Below, in pieces: positions 22,722 to 34,564 of a stretch of DNA of 64,000 bases; within the stretch, counting starts at the first letter, position 1, and each line of letters opens with the position of its first letter. The position numbers and the translations under genes are program-made. This DNA comes from Opitutales bacterium (GTDB lineage: Bacteria > Verrucomicrobiota > Verrucomicrobiia > Opitutales > PNEW01): the NCBI GenBank assembly GCA_965197745.1, contig CBDANS010000006.1, positions 160,001-224,000 on the forward strand, in the 5' to 3' direction. Below the pieces are notes generated by a model. That model saw only the letters and a list, made by a program, of their open reading frames with translations, was not told where the DNA came from and did not search any database.

Positions 22722-22925
22722 ATGAAAGACATAGCACGCCTTGAAGATAAATACAAAATAGCAGAATATAAAACAGTTGCTAGTTCATCTTCCCAAGGGC
22801 TCGACTAGGAAGTAAATGAGCTTATACAAAATGGATGGGAAGTATGGGGCAAACCTTACTGTATAATAAGAGCTCAGACAGTAGCCCAACAGGTAATGGT
22901 CAAGTTGATAGAAAGAGTTGATTAA
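22722..22925 (+). pseudogene. Small DUF1737-like protein with internal TAG
   Basis: EYKTVASSSSQGLD*EVNELIQNGWEVWGKP...QQVMVK. Confidence 0.55.
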
Positions 22926-23185
22926 CGATGGGCAATCATCCTTTTTACGCCTGAAATCTCAAAGAGTAGTTTAAAAGGAGCTTTTATTTCTTCCTTAATT
23001 GTATTAAAATTTCTAGTGAATACCTTTTCGATTTCCTTTTTACCCCGATATGTTCCATCAGAAAAAATAAAATATGCATCTTCATGAATGAGGTCTTCGA
23101 CTGACTTCCAGCTTTGAAGAGCTAATCGTTTTTCGTATTCTTTCAGCAATTCAATGTGTTTCTGGATCGCGGGCATAAGCTTCAT
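22922..23185 (-). pseudogene. NTF2/SnoaL-like protein, 3'-truncated
   Basis: YEKRLALQSWKSVEDLIHEDAYFIFSDGTYRGKKEIEKVF; too short for the full fold. Confidence 0.6.
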
Positions 23186-23340
23186 CTAAATCTAAACTTG
23201 TTCTACAGTGTCTGATCTAGGATTTTCTATTAGTTCAAAATAATTAACCAAAAACTCAAAGTCATCTTCTGGATCATTAAAGTATTCCCATGTCTAATTA
23301 TATGAAGCTCCATATGGGCATGATTCTTTTTTACTTTTCA

Positions 23341-23793
23341 CTAGAAGGAATTACCTGTAGTGCTTGGGTCACTATACCGCGGTGATCTGCCCTCTTCTGC
23401 ATCATGCACATCAAAGGCAGTCTGAATATAATCACAACCTTCTTTTCCTAGTCTTTTCTTTTCATCCACTACCCAATCAGATATGTCGTCCCGAAGACCT
23501 CGCTTTTCCATAAAGTGATTGAAAATCATAATCTCTTCATCATTTGGTTTCCTAGCTGCTTTAAAACACCAATCGAGGATTTCTTCATCAGACTTTTCAC
23601 TTCTTACTTTCTTTATTAAATCTTCATATTCTATTCCTAAAAAACGAACAATTCGTTCATCAAGGCCGTGACCAAGATTGTAATCTGGAGGTAGACTCCC
23701 TTCTTCGTTTAAACGTATTTTATCTAATGTTCTCCCAAAAAACACCAATCCACCAATTTTTTCGTAACCTGATCTCGGGATCTTATTTTTCAT
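23341..23793 (-). CDS. DUF5069-like protein
   Basis: PRSGYEKIGGLVFFGRTLDKIRL...LPPDY...LD...RFLGIEYEDL...SDEEILDWCF. Confidence 0.75.
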   Translation of the reverse strand: MKNKIPRSGYEKIGGLVFFGRTLDKIRLNEEGSLPPDYNLGHGLDERIVRFLGIEYEDLIKKVRSEKSDEEILDWCFKAARKPNDEEIMIFNHFMEKRGLRDDISDWVVDEKKRLGKEGCDYIQTAFDVHDAEEGRSPRYSDPSTTGNSF

Positions 23794-23949
23794 TTCGCTT
23801 CTAACCCCAACATATTGCTTACCGCTTCACTTGCACAACACATTTGTATAACTGCACCAGATAGTAGTAGAGCGATAATATTTCTTAGGATAAATCTAAG
23901 CACATAAGAATTGCTGACTCTGGGCACAGTTCTTTAAACTCTTGTGTAA

Positions 23950-24438
23950 AGTTCAATTCGTGAGATTGAATCAATTACAGGTCTGCCGTTCGATCATGGC
24001 AACGTCGCCGAGTTTCTTGGTAACCAGATTTTCAACATAGAACTAGCACCACCAAAGCAAAAGGGGTTTGATGGTTGGTTCAAATCCGGTATGTTCAAAG
24101 CCAAACCGCTCAAGGGTAAAACGGTCAATGTGAAGTGGTATATGAGGGTGGATAAATATCACCTCGACATGACCAAAGCTAAGCCCCAGCCAGATTATTA
24201 TCTTGTTTTCAAGGGGCCTAAAAAAGAATTGCTGGGATGGTATATCAATTATGTTTTTATATTCCATACCGAGACCTTAAGGGGACTGCTCAAATCTAGA
24301 GGCAGAAAAGTTGGAACATCCAGTAGCGTCAAAAAGGGGGATTGGGGGGAAGCTCAAATTTACCCCTCTTTACCTAATTCCCCAATGAAACTAAACCAAA
24401 ATCAGGAATCCAAGCTTAGGATTTTTAAACATGAGTAA
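23950..24438 (+). pseudogene. Putative PD-(D/E)XK-type nuclease, 5' end decayed
   Basis: The frame extends upstream of 24091: GNVAEFLGNQIFNIELA..QKGFDG...TVNVKWY...PDYYLV. In-frame TAA at 23947. Confidence 0.45.
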
Positions 24439-25118
24439 ATAGAACTTTTTTAAAATCAAAATAAAGACAAATAAAAATGACAAAAGAACCAGAATTGCCA
24501 GACAATGAGATTGGCCGGTCACAGCGTTATATAGACGGACCGGCCAACATGGCAGACATAACTTTGATCCCAGAAGGCGAACTTAAGAAAAAAGAGAGAG
24601 AAAAACGAGCGGCCAAAGAATTAGAGACTGATTAAGGAGATTTAAAAATATTGTTAAAAACAACTCCCAGAAAATAGAACTTCTCAAATTATCAGGCATA
24701 TAGAACATCTAACAGAAAATCGAAGTTTTTAAAATCGAGAAGCCCGCAAGATCATCGACGTTTAACGGTCGAGGTCCGGCCTATACCTATTCTATAGGAT
24801 GAAATACCATAGGCAGTTGCAAAGCCAGGCAACCCCATTGAAACTAAAATTTGATTAGACTCTTAAGTGAATAGGAAGTATTTTAAGAAATAGAACTTCT
24901 TGAGTAAAAAAGGTAATTAGGGAAGTCGTTACAGAAAGGGCATAAGGTAAAATGCCAAACAACAATAGCCCTCAAAAGAGAGTAATAACCCCACTATCTC
25001 ATTACTACGTATTTAAAGATTTATAAAAAAAGGAACTTTTAGAACGAAAGAGGCCGCTAAGTAATAAAGTTAATAACGATCTACTGCCCTGATGCAGTTT
25101 GAACTTGTTGAGATGGAT

Positions 25119-26467
25119 TGATCGGACCCCGTTATTCGTACCAGTTTAAGTGAGAGAGTTACCGGGTAATAATGGTTTTAGGATTGATGTATAGGATAGA
25201 TCCTGGTGAAGTGAGGGCGTAGCCCGAACGCGGCCAGGATCTGAAAGGAATGTGACAAACTCTTGTGGGCTTTTAAAGCCTAATCGACTGTGGGGATGTT
25301 CATTGTTATAGGTCTGACGCCATTGTTCTATTACAACTTGTGCTTCAGCCACGCTGAGCAACACTTCACGGTTCAAACACTCATCGCGTAAGCGGTTGTG
25401 AAACGACTCGATGAAACCGTTTTGCCAGGGACTGCCCGGATCGATATATATCGCCTTGATCTTTTTGTCGGACAACCACTGCTGCACCTGATGAGCAATG
25501 AATGGCTTCGCATGTCGTCGCTTCGCTCCTCGGAACACTGCCGTTGTCACTGCGGATATAGCTAGGAACTCCCTCTTCATCGATGGTTTCGCTGAGTACC
25601 GAGAGAACATCGGTTGAGGTGAGCTGTCGAGCTACCCGGATGCGTAAACATTTACGCGTATATGTCTTCGCTTCGCTTGAGTGTCGTCGCTTTCAGCTCC
25701 TCGGTACATCGATCAAGGTCATCATCTTTAGCATACCGCCATTGTCTGTACGATCATGGACAAAGTCCCAGGACCAGACGTGATTGCGACCGGTTGCTTT
25801 AGTAGGGAGCCCAGTAGAGATCCCCTGACGGTGTCTACGCTTTTTCGGGGGCTTTACCTGTAAGCCCGAAGAACGTCGCACTGCCTGTACAAATTTCCTG
25901 CTTGCCGCCCAACCTTCTTTCACCAGCAAGGCACGAATGCGCCGGTAACCGTAACGGGGATGTTCCCAGGACAAGGTCAAAATCCGCTCGGCCAATTGCT
26001 GAGCCTTCTTACTGGCCTGCTTGGGTCGGTAGCTGTACGTTGACCAACTGAGGCTGAGATAAGCACAAGCCCTCTAAAACGAGCACAGCCCCTTCTCAGC
26101 CGCATCTTTTACTGCTCGCTTCTTCTGCTTTGGGCTCACCATTTTTTTGAGAGCGTTTCCTCCAACACCCGAAGCTTGAGCATTTGATCAGCGAGCATCT
26201 TCTTCAGCTCCGTATTCTCCTTTTCCAGCTCTTTAAATCGCTTCGCATCAGCCAGCTCCAAGTTGCCATACTTTTTGCCCCAGCGATAGAAGGTCTGTTC
26301 ACTTAGGTTGTTGCCGTGGCAGACTTCCTGCACGGTTTTGCCCGTATCGGGCTGCCGCAGTATTGCTATGATCTGTTCTGTTGTATATCTTTTTCTTTTC
26401 ATTGAGGTTATCTGTTTATCCCGATAACCTCTCTCTGTTAATGATACCATTTTTGGGGGTCACTCCA
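25119..26467 (-). mobile_element. IS3-family element, type A copy 2
   Basis: Matches copy 1, including its lesions, except for the last ~130 bp at the IRR. Confidence 0.93.
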
Positions 26468-26958
26468 CGAAGACTATTGGAGAATTATCAAAAACCAAAA
26501 AGCTTCAGTTAGAATGGTGGAAATTTTTTTCTGATGAGTTATTAAAAAAGAAAGTAATACCTTCGGTCCGTAAACCACTACCTCAGTCATGGTACGATGT
26601 TCCTCTAGGAAGGAGTGGAATCCATATCTCAAATATTGCTAATACTTATGATCGTAAAATTAAAGTCCGAGTTTATCTGAGGACAAGCTCAAATGCTGAT
26701 GCTGCTCTTGTTCAGCTATTAGATCAACGAGAGGAGATCGAAGCAGAACTGGGGACTAAATTAATTTGGAATCCTTATCCAGAAAATCAAGATAAAACAA
26801 TTTGTGTTTATCATGATGCGGATATTTCTAAACGTGAAAAATGGCAGGAATACTGTGATTGGATGATTGATATGACTAAAAATTTTAGAGAGGTCTTCAT
26901 CCCGAGAGTGCGTGAACTTAATCTGAGTATTGAGCGTGAGGTTGAACCTGATAATTAA
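26468..26958 (+). pseudogene. DUF4268-like domain, 5'-truncated by the IS
   Basis: Not in the ORF track. LQLEWWKFF...RKPLPQSWYDVPLGRSGIHIS...REEIEAELGTKLIW...WMIDMTKNFREVFIPRV. Confidence 0.75.
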
Positions 26959-27013
26959 AGCTTGTGACTACTCAAAATTATTTTCTAAGGAACCATTGGC
27001 ATTACAATTTATA

Positions 27014-27240
27014 TTAAAACCCACTTCTTTAATCAAGCGTCAAGCAGTCTTTCCGATCTTTAAACCTATCTTTTGTAATGTAGAAATAGCTGGCTCTTTT
27101 GCACCCCGTTCAAGGTCATCAATATTGTTCTTACTAAGGCTGACTAACTAGGCGAATTTCTTCTAAGACAGGTCTAATTCAATCCTGTGTTTACGGATTG
27201 CTTTGCCAAGACTAGCGGCAACAGGAGATTTAGTTAGGAG
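27014..27240 (-). pseudogene. XRE-family HTH regulator with several nonsense codons
   Basis: LGKAIRKHRIELDLS*KKFA*LVSLSKNNIDDLERGAKEPAISTLQKIG. Confidence 0.7.
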
Positions 27241-27304
27241 TGGTTAAGTCGGCGGACAAATGTGGGCCACATACTCTTAAATAAGCTTTAAATTATCGAC
27301 CAAC

Positions 27305-27357
27305 TATCCCGATAGTCTTTCCCTTTAAATGATACGATTATTTTGGGGGTCACTCCA
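27305..27357 (-). mobile_element. Solo left end of a type A-related IS3
   Basis: TATCCCGATA...ATGATAC...TTTTGGGGGTCACTCCA matches the type A IRL and supplies the TGA of the 174-aa gene. Confidence 0.75.
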
Positions 27358-27874
27358 ATATATTATTTAAATCAGTAGCACCTATTTCCATAGATCTGTT
27401 TAATAATGCATTCCAAGCCTCTTCTCTAAATTGATCAGGGTTCTTGGAATATAATCTTTTTACTATTATGTAGGGATTACGAACTAACACAAAACTACGA
27501 GGACCAGATGGACCAGATTTCACGTCGATAAATCCAAGTCCTTTCAAAATATCGATTCTTTGCGACCACGTTTGGAGAGCACGTTGACCAGAAAACCCGG
27601 ATGAAAACGCCATCTCCTGCTGTTTCCCAGATAGGTTTAAAAATGAGGTATCATACATTCTGCACCAAAGATCTAAATAGGTAGATGATACTGGCTTCCC
27701 GTTAGAAAAATTATCCATTATGCGCATAAAGTAGGGTAGAGTACGCGGAATAGTGGTAAATCCTTTTTTCTTTTTTCGGTTCCATAAATCGTCTTCCTTT
27801 AGATCAGGCCATAGCTGATCTCGAAGGAGCAATTGCTTTTCTTCAATTTTCTTTTTTATAATAGTACTATTCAT
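27350..27874 (-). CDS. Island-associated hypothetical protein, possibly winged-helix DNA-binding
   Basis: 174 aa; GFTTIPRTLP...STYLDLWCR...EMAFSSGFSGQRA..TW..RI..L..LGFI. Confidence 0.65.
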   Translation of the reverse strand: MNSTIIKKKIEEKQLLLRDQLWPDLKEDDLWNRKKKKGFTTIPRTLPYFMRIMDNFSNGKPVSSTYLDLWCRMYDTSFLNLSGKQQEMAFSSGFSGQRALQTWSQRIDILKGLGFIDVKSGPSGPRSFVLVRNPYIIVKRLYSKNPDQFREEAWNALLNRSMEIGATDLNNILE

Positions 27875-27946
27875 TATTGTAATTTATTGTTTATGGATTA
27901 AATCTAAAACGAAGCAGGGTTTGGACCCCTGCTCCTTAACATTGAC

Positions 27947-28006
27947 TTATTATTGGATGATTAGTAATGAGAAGTTTGGACCTTCGTGATCCAATAATTA
28001 TTGGAT
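27947..28006. promoter_or_regulatory. Operator-like palindrome and extra half site
   Basis: Perfect 18-bp palindrome ATCCAATAATTATTGGAT (27989-28006) and a further TTATTGGATG near 27950, upstream of the 27874 gene. Confidence 0.5.
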
Positions 28007-28113
28007 GTTTGAGTAAACATAGCACGTAATTGTTTGAGTGTCAATGATTTATATAATATAAATGAATGTATGAGGATGCATAAAGTGTGCATTGTTATTT
28101 ATAATATTGCAAT

Positions 28114-29431
28114 TGGTCGTGACCACGAAAACTGGTACACTTGAAAAGTTAGTCTGGGTAACCTAGAAAGGACTCAGACAATGAAAGGCAAAAGATACAC
28201 AACTGAAGAGAAAATACGGATGCTGCGGCAGGCGGACAAAGGGAAAACGATCCTGGAAGCATGCCGCGAGAACAACATTAGCGAACAGACTTTCCACCGC
28301 TGGAAGCGTGAGTTTGGGATGATTGATGTCGACCAGGCCAAGCGGATGAAGGAACTCTTTGAAGGAGAACGCGCGGTTAAAACGGATGCTGGCGGACAAG
28401 ATGCTGGGGATAGAGATCCTGCAGGAGACCCTCGAAAAAAAACTGTAAGCCCTGGGCACAAGCGGCAAGTGGCAGAGAGACTTGTGGCTCGGGGCCAGTG
28501 TTCGATGCGAGCGGGGTGCCGGTACTTTCGGCTGCACCGTTCCACCTATGCGTATAAGGCGAAGCATCCGGATGCTTGGTTAATGAAACTGAAGGCGGCA
28601 GTAAGGCGGTTATCACGGCAATATGCCAGGTGGGGCTATCCGAAGATCACGAAGCTGTTGAAAGACGAAGGCTGGGAGGTGGGTAAACGTCTCGTGCAAG
28701 GTCTACGACGCGAACTGGGCTTGGCGATCCCCCAACGCAAGCCAAGACGTCGGGGCAGGGGTGTTTCCACCGGGCTGCCGACCAAGGCCGAACATCCCGG
28801 CCATGTTTGGACCTGGGATTTTATCCACGATAAGACGGTCCGCGGTGGCAGTTTAAAAATGTTGACCGTGCTCGATGAGTACACCCGCGAGTGTCGAGTG
28901 ATCCATGTTGATCGCCATATCAATGCGGAAACGGTGCGCGGTATCATGCAAAAACTGCTTGCCCGTCATGGGCCGCCACAATATATTCGCAGTGACAACG
29001 GTTCCGTTCCGAGGAGCGAAGCGACGACATGCGAAGCCATTCATTGAAAAGGAATTGAGAGCCTGGCTAACTGCGATGAAAATCAAAACCCTCTATATCG
29101 AACCAGGAAGCCCTTGGCAGAACGGATACATCGAATCGTTGCATGCCCGTTTTCGCGAGGAGTGTTTAAACCGTGAACAGCTATGGACTTTGACCGAAGC
29201 CCGCGTGGTGATCGAGGACTGGCGCTGGCTTTACAATAATGTCCGACCCCACCGCAGCCTCGGCAATATCACCCCACGGTGCTTCGCTGAAGACATTAAT
29301 ACCGAAGGCTTGGGCTCCATTCGGGCTACGCCCTCATTGCGCCCAAGCCTTGACTTCCTCTACCAACTTAACTTCAACATTAACCTCTCCAGACTAACTC
29401 TCTCGGTGGACCAGTTTACGTAACCCGATCA
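28114..29431 (+). mobile_element. IS3-family element, type B copy 1
   Basis: IRL TGGTCGTGACCACGAAAACTGG, IRR ...CCAGTTTACGTAACCCGATCA, 1318 bp. Extra T in orfA and a micro-insertion at SDNGS-E-F. Confidence 0.93.
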
Positions 29432-29511
29432 TACACAACTCGCACATTATAAATTCAGAAAAGACAGCATATTTACTCTTACTCATTGATTGTGTCGACG
29501 ATTGCTTAAAT

Positions 29512-30740
29512 TATACTAGTTACGCTAAGATCTGAGAGAAGAAAGAGAAGGGGAACTCTGTGTGGGAAGTTAAACAACAATAGTCTCCTGAGGGGGGCTG
29601 ACCCAAACAGGAGTAACCCAAATGAGAATAAACGAAAGAATCATCAGAAATAAAGTAGGATTATTAAATCTGGCTGAAGATCTGTGAAATGTATCAAAAC
29701 CTGTCAGGTGGTGGGCTTCAGCCGTGATACCTTTTAGCGGTATAAAGCGGCCGTAGAGGAAGGGGGGATCGAGAATCTGCTGAATAAAAGTCGCAGTCAG
29801 CCGAACCTCAGAAATCGCGTCGACGAGAGTATTGAAAAGCGGGGTGATCACGCTAGCGCAGAAGAATCCTGTGATGGGGCAGCAGCGGGTGGCCAATGAG
29901 CTGAGAAAATAAGGGTTGATAATATCTCCGGGAAGGGTGCGTTGCGTGTGGATGAGGCATCAACTGCAAACCTTCCCGCTACGCTTAAAGTCCTTGGAGA
30001 AGAAAGTGACCGAAGAGGGCCTGGTATTGACCGAGAGCCAGTTGGCGGCCCTGGAGAAGAAGAAAGAGTGCGATCAGTTACACGGAGAGATTGAGATCCG
30101 CCCATCTAGGCCATCTGGGCGCCCAGGACACCTCCTATGTGGGCACACTCAAAGGGGTGAGACGCATCTATCAGCAAACCTTCATTGACACCTATGCGAA
30201 GGTAGCTTTCACGAAGTTGTATACGATGAAAACTCCGCTCACTGCCGTGGAACTGCTTAACGATCAGGTCTTGCCCCTCTTCGAGGAGCACGCGATGGGA
30301 CTGTTACATGTGCTTACCGATCGTGGAACCGAGTATTGCGGCCGCCAAGACAGCCACGCTTACGAACTGTAACTGGCGATCAATAATATTGATCACACTA
30401 AAACCAAAGCGAAGCATCCCCAGACCAACGACATCTGTGAGCGCTTCCACAAAACGGTGCTCCAGAAGTTTTATCAGGTAACCTTCCGTAAGAAGATCTT
30501 CCGCACTTTAGAGCAGTTACAGAATGATCTCCACCAGTGGCTGTATCACTATAGCCATGAACGCACTCACTAGGGTAAAATGTGCTGTAGGCCTACCTCC
30601 ATGCAGACCTTCCTTGTGGACAAGGTGCTTTGGAGGCAAAAAATTGATGAACTTAACCAGGAGAATTAACAACCAATAGCTAGCTGACACTTTATGCTTC
30701 CTCACAGCGTAACCTGTAAGATCAAGTCCGCGTTAGTACA
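29512..30740 (+). mobile_element. IS481-family element, degenerate
   Basis: IIRNKVGLLNLAE, QDTSYVGTLKGVRRIYQQTFIDTY, LTDRGTEYCG, PQTNDICERFHKT, with many stops. Right end TGTAAGATCAAGTCCGCGTTAGTACA. Confidence 0.85.
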
Positions 30741-30746
30741 CTTATA

Positions 30747-31007
30747 TCGTGAGCAGTTATGGACGTTGACCGAGGTTGACGTGGTTATCGAAGATTGGCG
30801 CTGGCTTTATAACACTGTCCGTCCACACCGCAGTCTCGGTAATATTACTCCGAGGTGCTTTGCCTAGAATGCCTGTAAACAAGGTTTGGGCTCCACTCGG
30901 GCTACTCCTCATTCCGCCCAAACCTTGACTTCCTCTACCAACTTAACTATCAACTTAAACCTCTCCAGACTAACTCTCCCAGTGGACCAGTTTGCGTAAC
31001 CTGACCA
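30747..31007 (+). mobile_element. Right-end fragment of a type B-related IS3
   Basis: REQLWTLTEVDVVIEDWRWLYNTVRPHRSLG, then IRR CCAGTTTGCGTAACCTGACCA. Confidence 0.85.
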
Positions 31008-31068
31008 TACTCATTCTCAGGATCCGAAGCGAGCTCAGCGAGTGAAACAATCAAGGCAACGATATCGA

Positions 31069-32169
31069 TTAAGCGGTAATGAAAATTTTTTGCTCTGCGT
31101 CGTAATAAGTTAAAAGCATACCTATTGACTTAATAAAAGTAATCTCCGAAGGCTTTGGTTTCTTTCCAATGACTATTTCCAGTTGTGCCTTCTTATTGTT
31201 GGTATGTCGATATTCTAGCAGTTGCCCAATGGCTGCTCGAATGGCGTAACGAGTTTCTACATTGTCCGTCGGCTTTATCTCGGCAAAGATTGTTTTGCCA
31301 TTCAATTTGTATTGGACATCAACGAAGTTGCAGTTTTCGTGTGGTTCGATGCCTTTATTTTTTAGGTAATCAATGAACTGGGCCTGTAACCGAGAATGTA
31401 GCGGCTCTGCAATTCATTTACCTTCAACCCAGTATTGATAGCGTTTGTCAGTCGGCGCATTGCTGTTTTGCAACCACTGACGTCGTTTCACATTGCCGGA
31501 CTTGTCGCTCTGGCTATTTAACCCCTCTGGTTGCTCAAAGTCACCAAACGATAGCCAGTCGCGGATCGCGGTATTTGACTTGGGCAGATCAGCATCAATT
31601 ATGTCTAATAGAATTTCTGGTGAGATGTGCGTGAATCTGCCGTGATACATGGCCAGCTTTTTCTCATTAGTGATCCGTTCAGGGTTAAGTGGAACAGGTT
31701 TTGGAAACCAATAATAGTGATCGGGGGGACATTTCCAGGGAATTGAATCATAATGTTTACTCCAGTGGTCGAGGAATTCTTGTTTATTGTTAAAAGCACT
31801 CTGAACCGTACCGAGTTTCCATACCTGATTGGATTCATTCTCCACGCCCACTGTGTTGGCAATTGATTTCTTTACAACGATGTCCTCATTGGCAGAGACG
31901 TTAGTTGCTACACCCAAGGCGAAAGCTGTGCTTCCGTGAGACGCAATCATGACCATCCCAAGACACCCGTTACGTGCGGCGTTAATGAGTTTATCGGGAC
32001 TATTCGTATAAAAGACTTTGTACCCTTTCCAGGTCCACTGAGGATTTCCATTCCATTCTTCATGGCCATATCCGTATTTGTGAGTGTAGCCCGCTGTGCT
32101 GGGACAACCGGCGGGTCGCTGATAGCCTTGGTCGTTCCACATGATCGGTTTGAGTACTGTTAACTTCAT
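31069..32169 (-). pseudogene. Two-domain protein with C-terminal PD-(D/E)XK-like nuclease; single in-frame TGA at 31414-31416
   Basis: ORFs 31414..32169 and 31069..31305 are in the same frame. Read-through gives LHSRLQAQF...E...VDV...FAEIK...AIRAAIGQLLEY. Confidence 0.7.
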
Positions 32170-33087
32170 TACATAATCTTGTCACTATAATGGGTAAAGT
32201 GAGGAGTCCTAGCAAGGTGTTTACATTGATGGACCAGAGATTTTCAGTCGAAATTTCATATATCTTAATGAAATGCACGTTTTGCGTTTCGCGGGTGGTC
32301 GCACTGTAAGCAATTTCGAGTAGTTCCCTCGATCGCGATTAGGGATGATGGATCAGAGGCTCGATGCCGCCGAGTTGAGTAGCTTAAGGATTACCTGAAA
32401 ACCCCTCTCTCAAATACCAGTTAGTATATTCGACTATTAACTGGGCTCAGTAACGTCTAATAAGTTACTTGTTAATAAAGAGTTAAACTTAAAATAGCTA
32501 TGCATAAATAATTTATATTTTCCTCTGATTTCACGACCTTTCCTCAATGCGTTTGGCAGGAATCATACTTATTTGGTGATCTTCAGCCAAGAGGTTGTGA
32601 GTGGATTTAATGTCAATTAAGTGCCCTTTGTGATAAAACACAATAAATTTGGGGGATGATATATATTGCTAGTCAACTTTACCTCTTTTCTTAGTCTTAT
32701 TAAGTTTCTGTCTTCTGAATTACCCGCTACCGAAAATCAAAAGAAAAAAAGACGATGAACCACAATCTAAAGACAATGCAGAACCCGAGTCGAGATTTGG
32801 AGAAGTTACTTTAAAAACTAGTACGGTCTTTGAAAGACGGCGACTAAGAAAATAACATTAATATTGCCTGTGAATCACGTTCTCAGTCTTCTATACTGGC
32901 AATATTAATTTTAGTATACCCTTGAAACTAAAAATCGTTTAGATTTCGACTGAATAATATATTATGTTTAAGTCGATTGAAATCACTCTTAAAAAGACAT
33001 ACGATGATGATTCAGGTGAGCGGTTGCGTGCAGATAATAGCTACTGGATCAGGTCTTCCTTCTTTTTCTTATATTCCCTGCCTAAAA

Positions 33088-34287
33088 TCATCGTATTGAT
33101 TCATATCCTCCAAGAATACCTCCTTTGGAGAAAACTACCTGCCATAAATTAATACTGCGCGCGCGAAAAGCACCGGCACACTTCAAAAGATAGTAATTCC
33201 ACATTCGATAAAATCTCTCGTTATATCGATCCTTAAGTTGATCCCAATTCTTGGTAAAATTTTCATGCCATGCCATGAGTGTTTTATCGTAATGCGGTCC
33301 GAAATTATGCCAATCTTCCATTATGAACAAACCTTCGGCAACTTTAGAAATCTGCTGTATCGATGGAAGATGCCCATGGGGAAAAATATACTTAAGAATC
33401 CAGGGATTCCCCGGTGTCCAAAGAGAAGTATTTCTTCCTATCGTATGTAAAAGAAAGATCCCTTCATCTTTAAGGCTTCGATAAGTCAGTTCCATCAGTG
33501 TTTTATAGTTTTTATATCCGACATGTTCAAAAAATCCTACGTTCACCACTCGATCATAGATACCCTTTGCTTCTCGGTAATCTGCTTCTACAATAGTTAC
33601 CGGGAATCCCTCACAAGCTTTTCTTGCATATTTAACCTGCTCTTTCGATATATTATAACTTACCACATTACATTTGTATTCTTTAGCCATAAATCGTGCC
33701 AAAGTACCAAAACCCCCTCCTAATTCTAATATATCCATCTCCGGTTTAAGCTGCATCTTTTTACAAATAAGGTGAGCTTTGTTTATTTGTGCCTGATCAA
33801 GGCTGTCTGTATCTTTCCAATAGGCACAGGTGTATTGCATATTTTTAGAGAGCATAAGCTCAAAAAGATCATTACCCAGGGCGTAATGCTTTTTCGCCAC
33901 CTCGGTTGATCGCTTTTCTGACTGCATGTTTGCCAATTTATATTTCAAGTTCTTGAAGAACTGAACGAGAGAACTTAATTTTATGTCTAATTCAGATCTT
34001 TCAATTTGATAAAAAAATTGGTCCAAAGCGTCACAACTCCACCACCCATCCATGTAGGATTCTCCCAAAGCAAGAGAACCTCTTTTCAAAATTCTTTTAT
34101 ATAGTCCCTGATCATGGACTTGAATGTCCCATGGCCGATCTCCGTTGATTTTGATGTCAGCGAGTTCGAATATATCTTGAATAACTTGTTTCATCTGAGA
34201 TGTCCCATATAAACATTCACAATCATCAAAAAGTCGCATTTTTTTGATATTTCGATGTAATGTTCTGATTTCATTGTGATTTGGCAA
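33088..34287 (-). CDS. cfa: Cyclopropane-fatty-acyl-phospholipid synthase
   Basis: GSLALGESYMDGWW, HYALGNDLF, MQYTCAYW, LELGGGFG, FEHVGYKNY, YIFPHGHLPS, RFYRMWNYYL. The true start is possibly MKQVIQ. Confidence 0.93.
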   Translation of the reverse strand: MPNHNEIRTLHRNIKKMRLFDDCECLYGTSQMKQVIQDIFELADIKINGDRPWDIQVHDQGLYKRILKRGSLALGESYMDGWWSCDALDQFFYQIERSELDIKLSSLVQFFKNLKYKLANMQSEKRSTEVAKKHYALGNDLFELMLSKNMQYTCAYWKDTDSLDQAQINKAHLICKKMQLKPEMDILELGGGFGTLARFMAKEYKCNVVSYNISKEQVKYARKACEGFPVTIVEADYREAKGIYDRVVNVGFFEHVGYKNYKTLMELTYRSLKDEGIFLLHTIGRNTSLWTPGNPWILKYIFPHGHLPSIQQISKVAEGLFIMEDWHNFGPHYDKTLMAWHENFTKNWDQLKDRYNERFYRMWNYYLLKCAGAFRARSINLWQVVFSKGGILGGYESIR

Positions 34288-34384
34288 TCTTATCCTTCGT
34301 TATTTGATATACAAATCGGCAGAATTTAACAATTATTGCTGATCTTCCCTTTGCTCGGTAAAATCAGGGAAAGATCTTTGCTTC

Positions 34385-34564
34385 TGTTACCAGCGCATGA
34401 AGTTACGCAGCTTGTAGGCTAAGGCGAAGAGATCAAGCCAAACGGCATTGTCCTGAAAGTCATGGCAGGACAATCGGGTCCAGTGAATGGAGCATCTTTG
34501 CCCTCATTGATCCACTACTCTTTGATGACCCGATGGTAGTAAAATTACACTGCCTTCTTGGGGT
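34385..34564 (-). pseudogene. IS1380 transposase remnant
   Basis: FYYHR..KE*WINEGKDA..HWTRLSCHDFQDNAVWLDLFALAYKLRNFMR. Confidence 0.7.

Noticed and set aside
31414..31416. Stop-codon reassignment or selenocysteine explaining in-frame stops
   Set aside because: TAA, TAG and TGA all occur as lesions alongside frameshifts, and intact genes end with all three stops.
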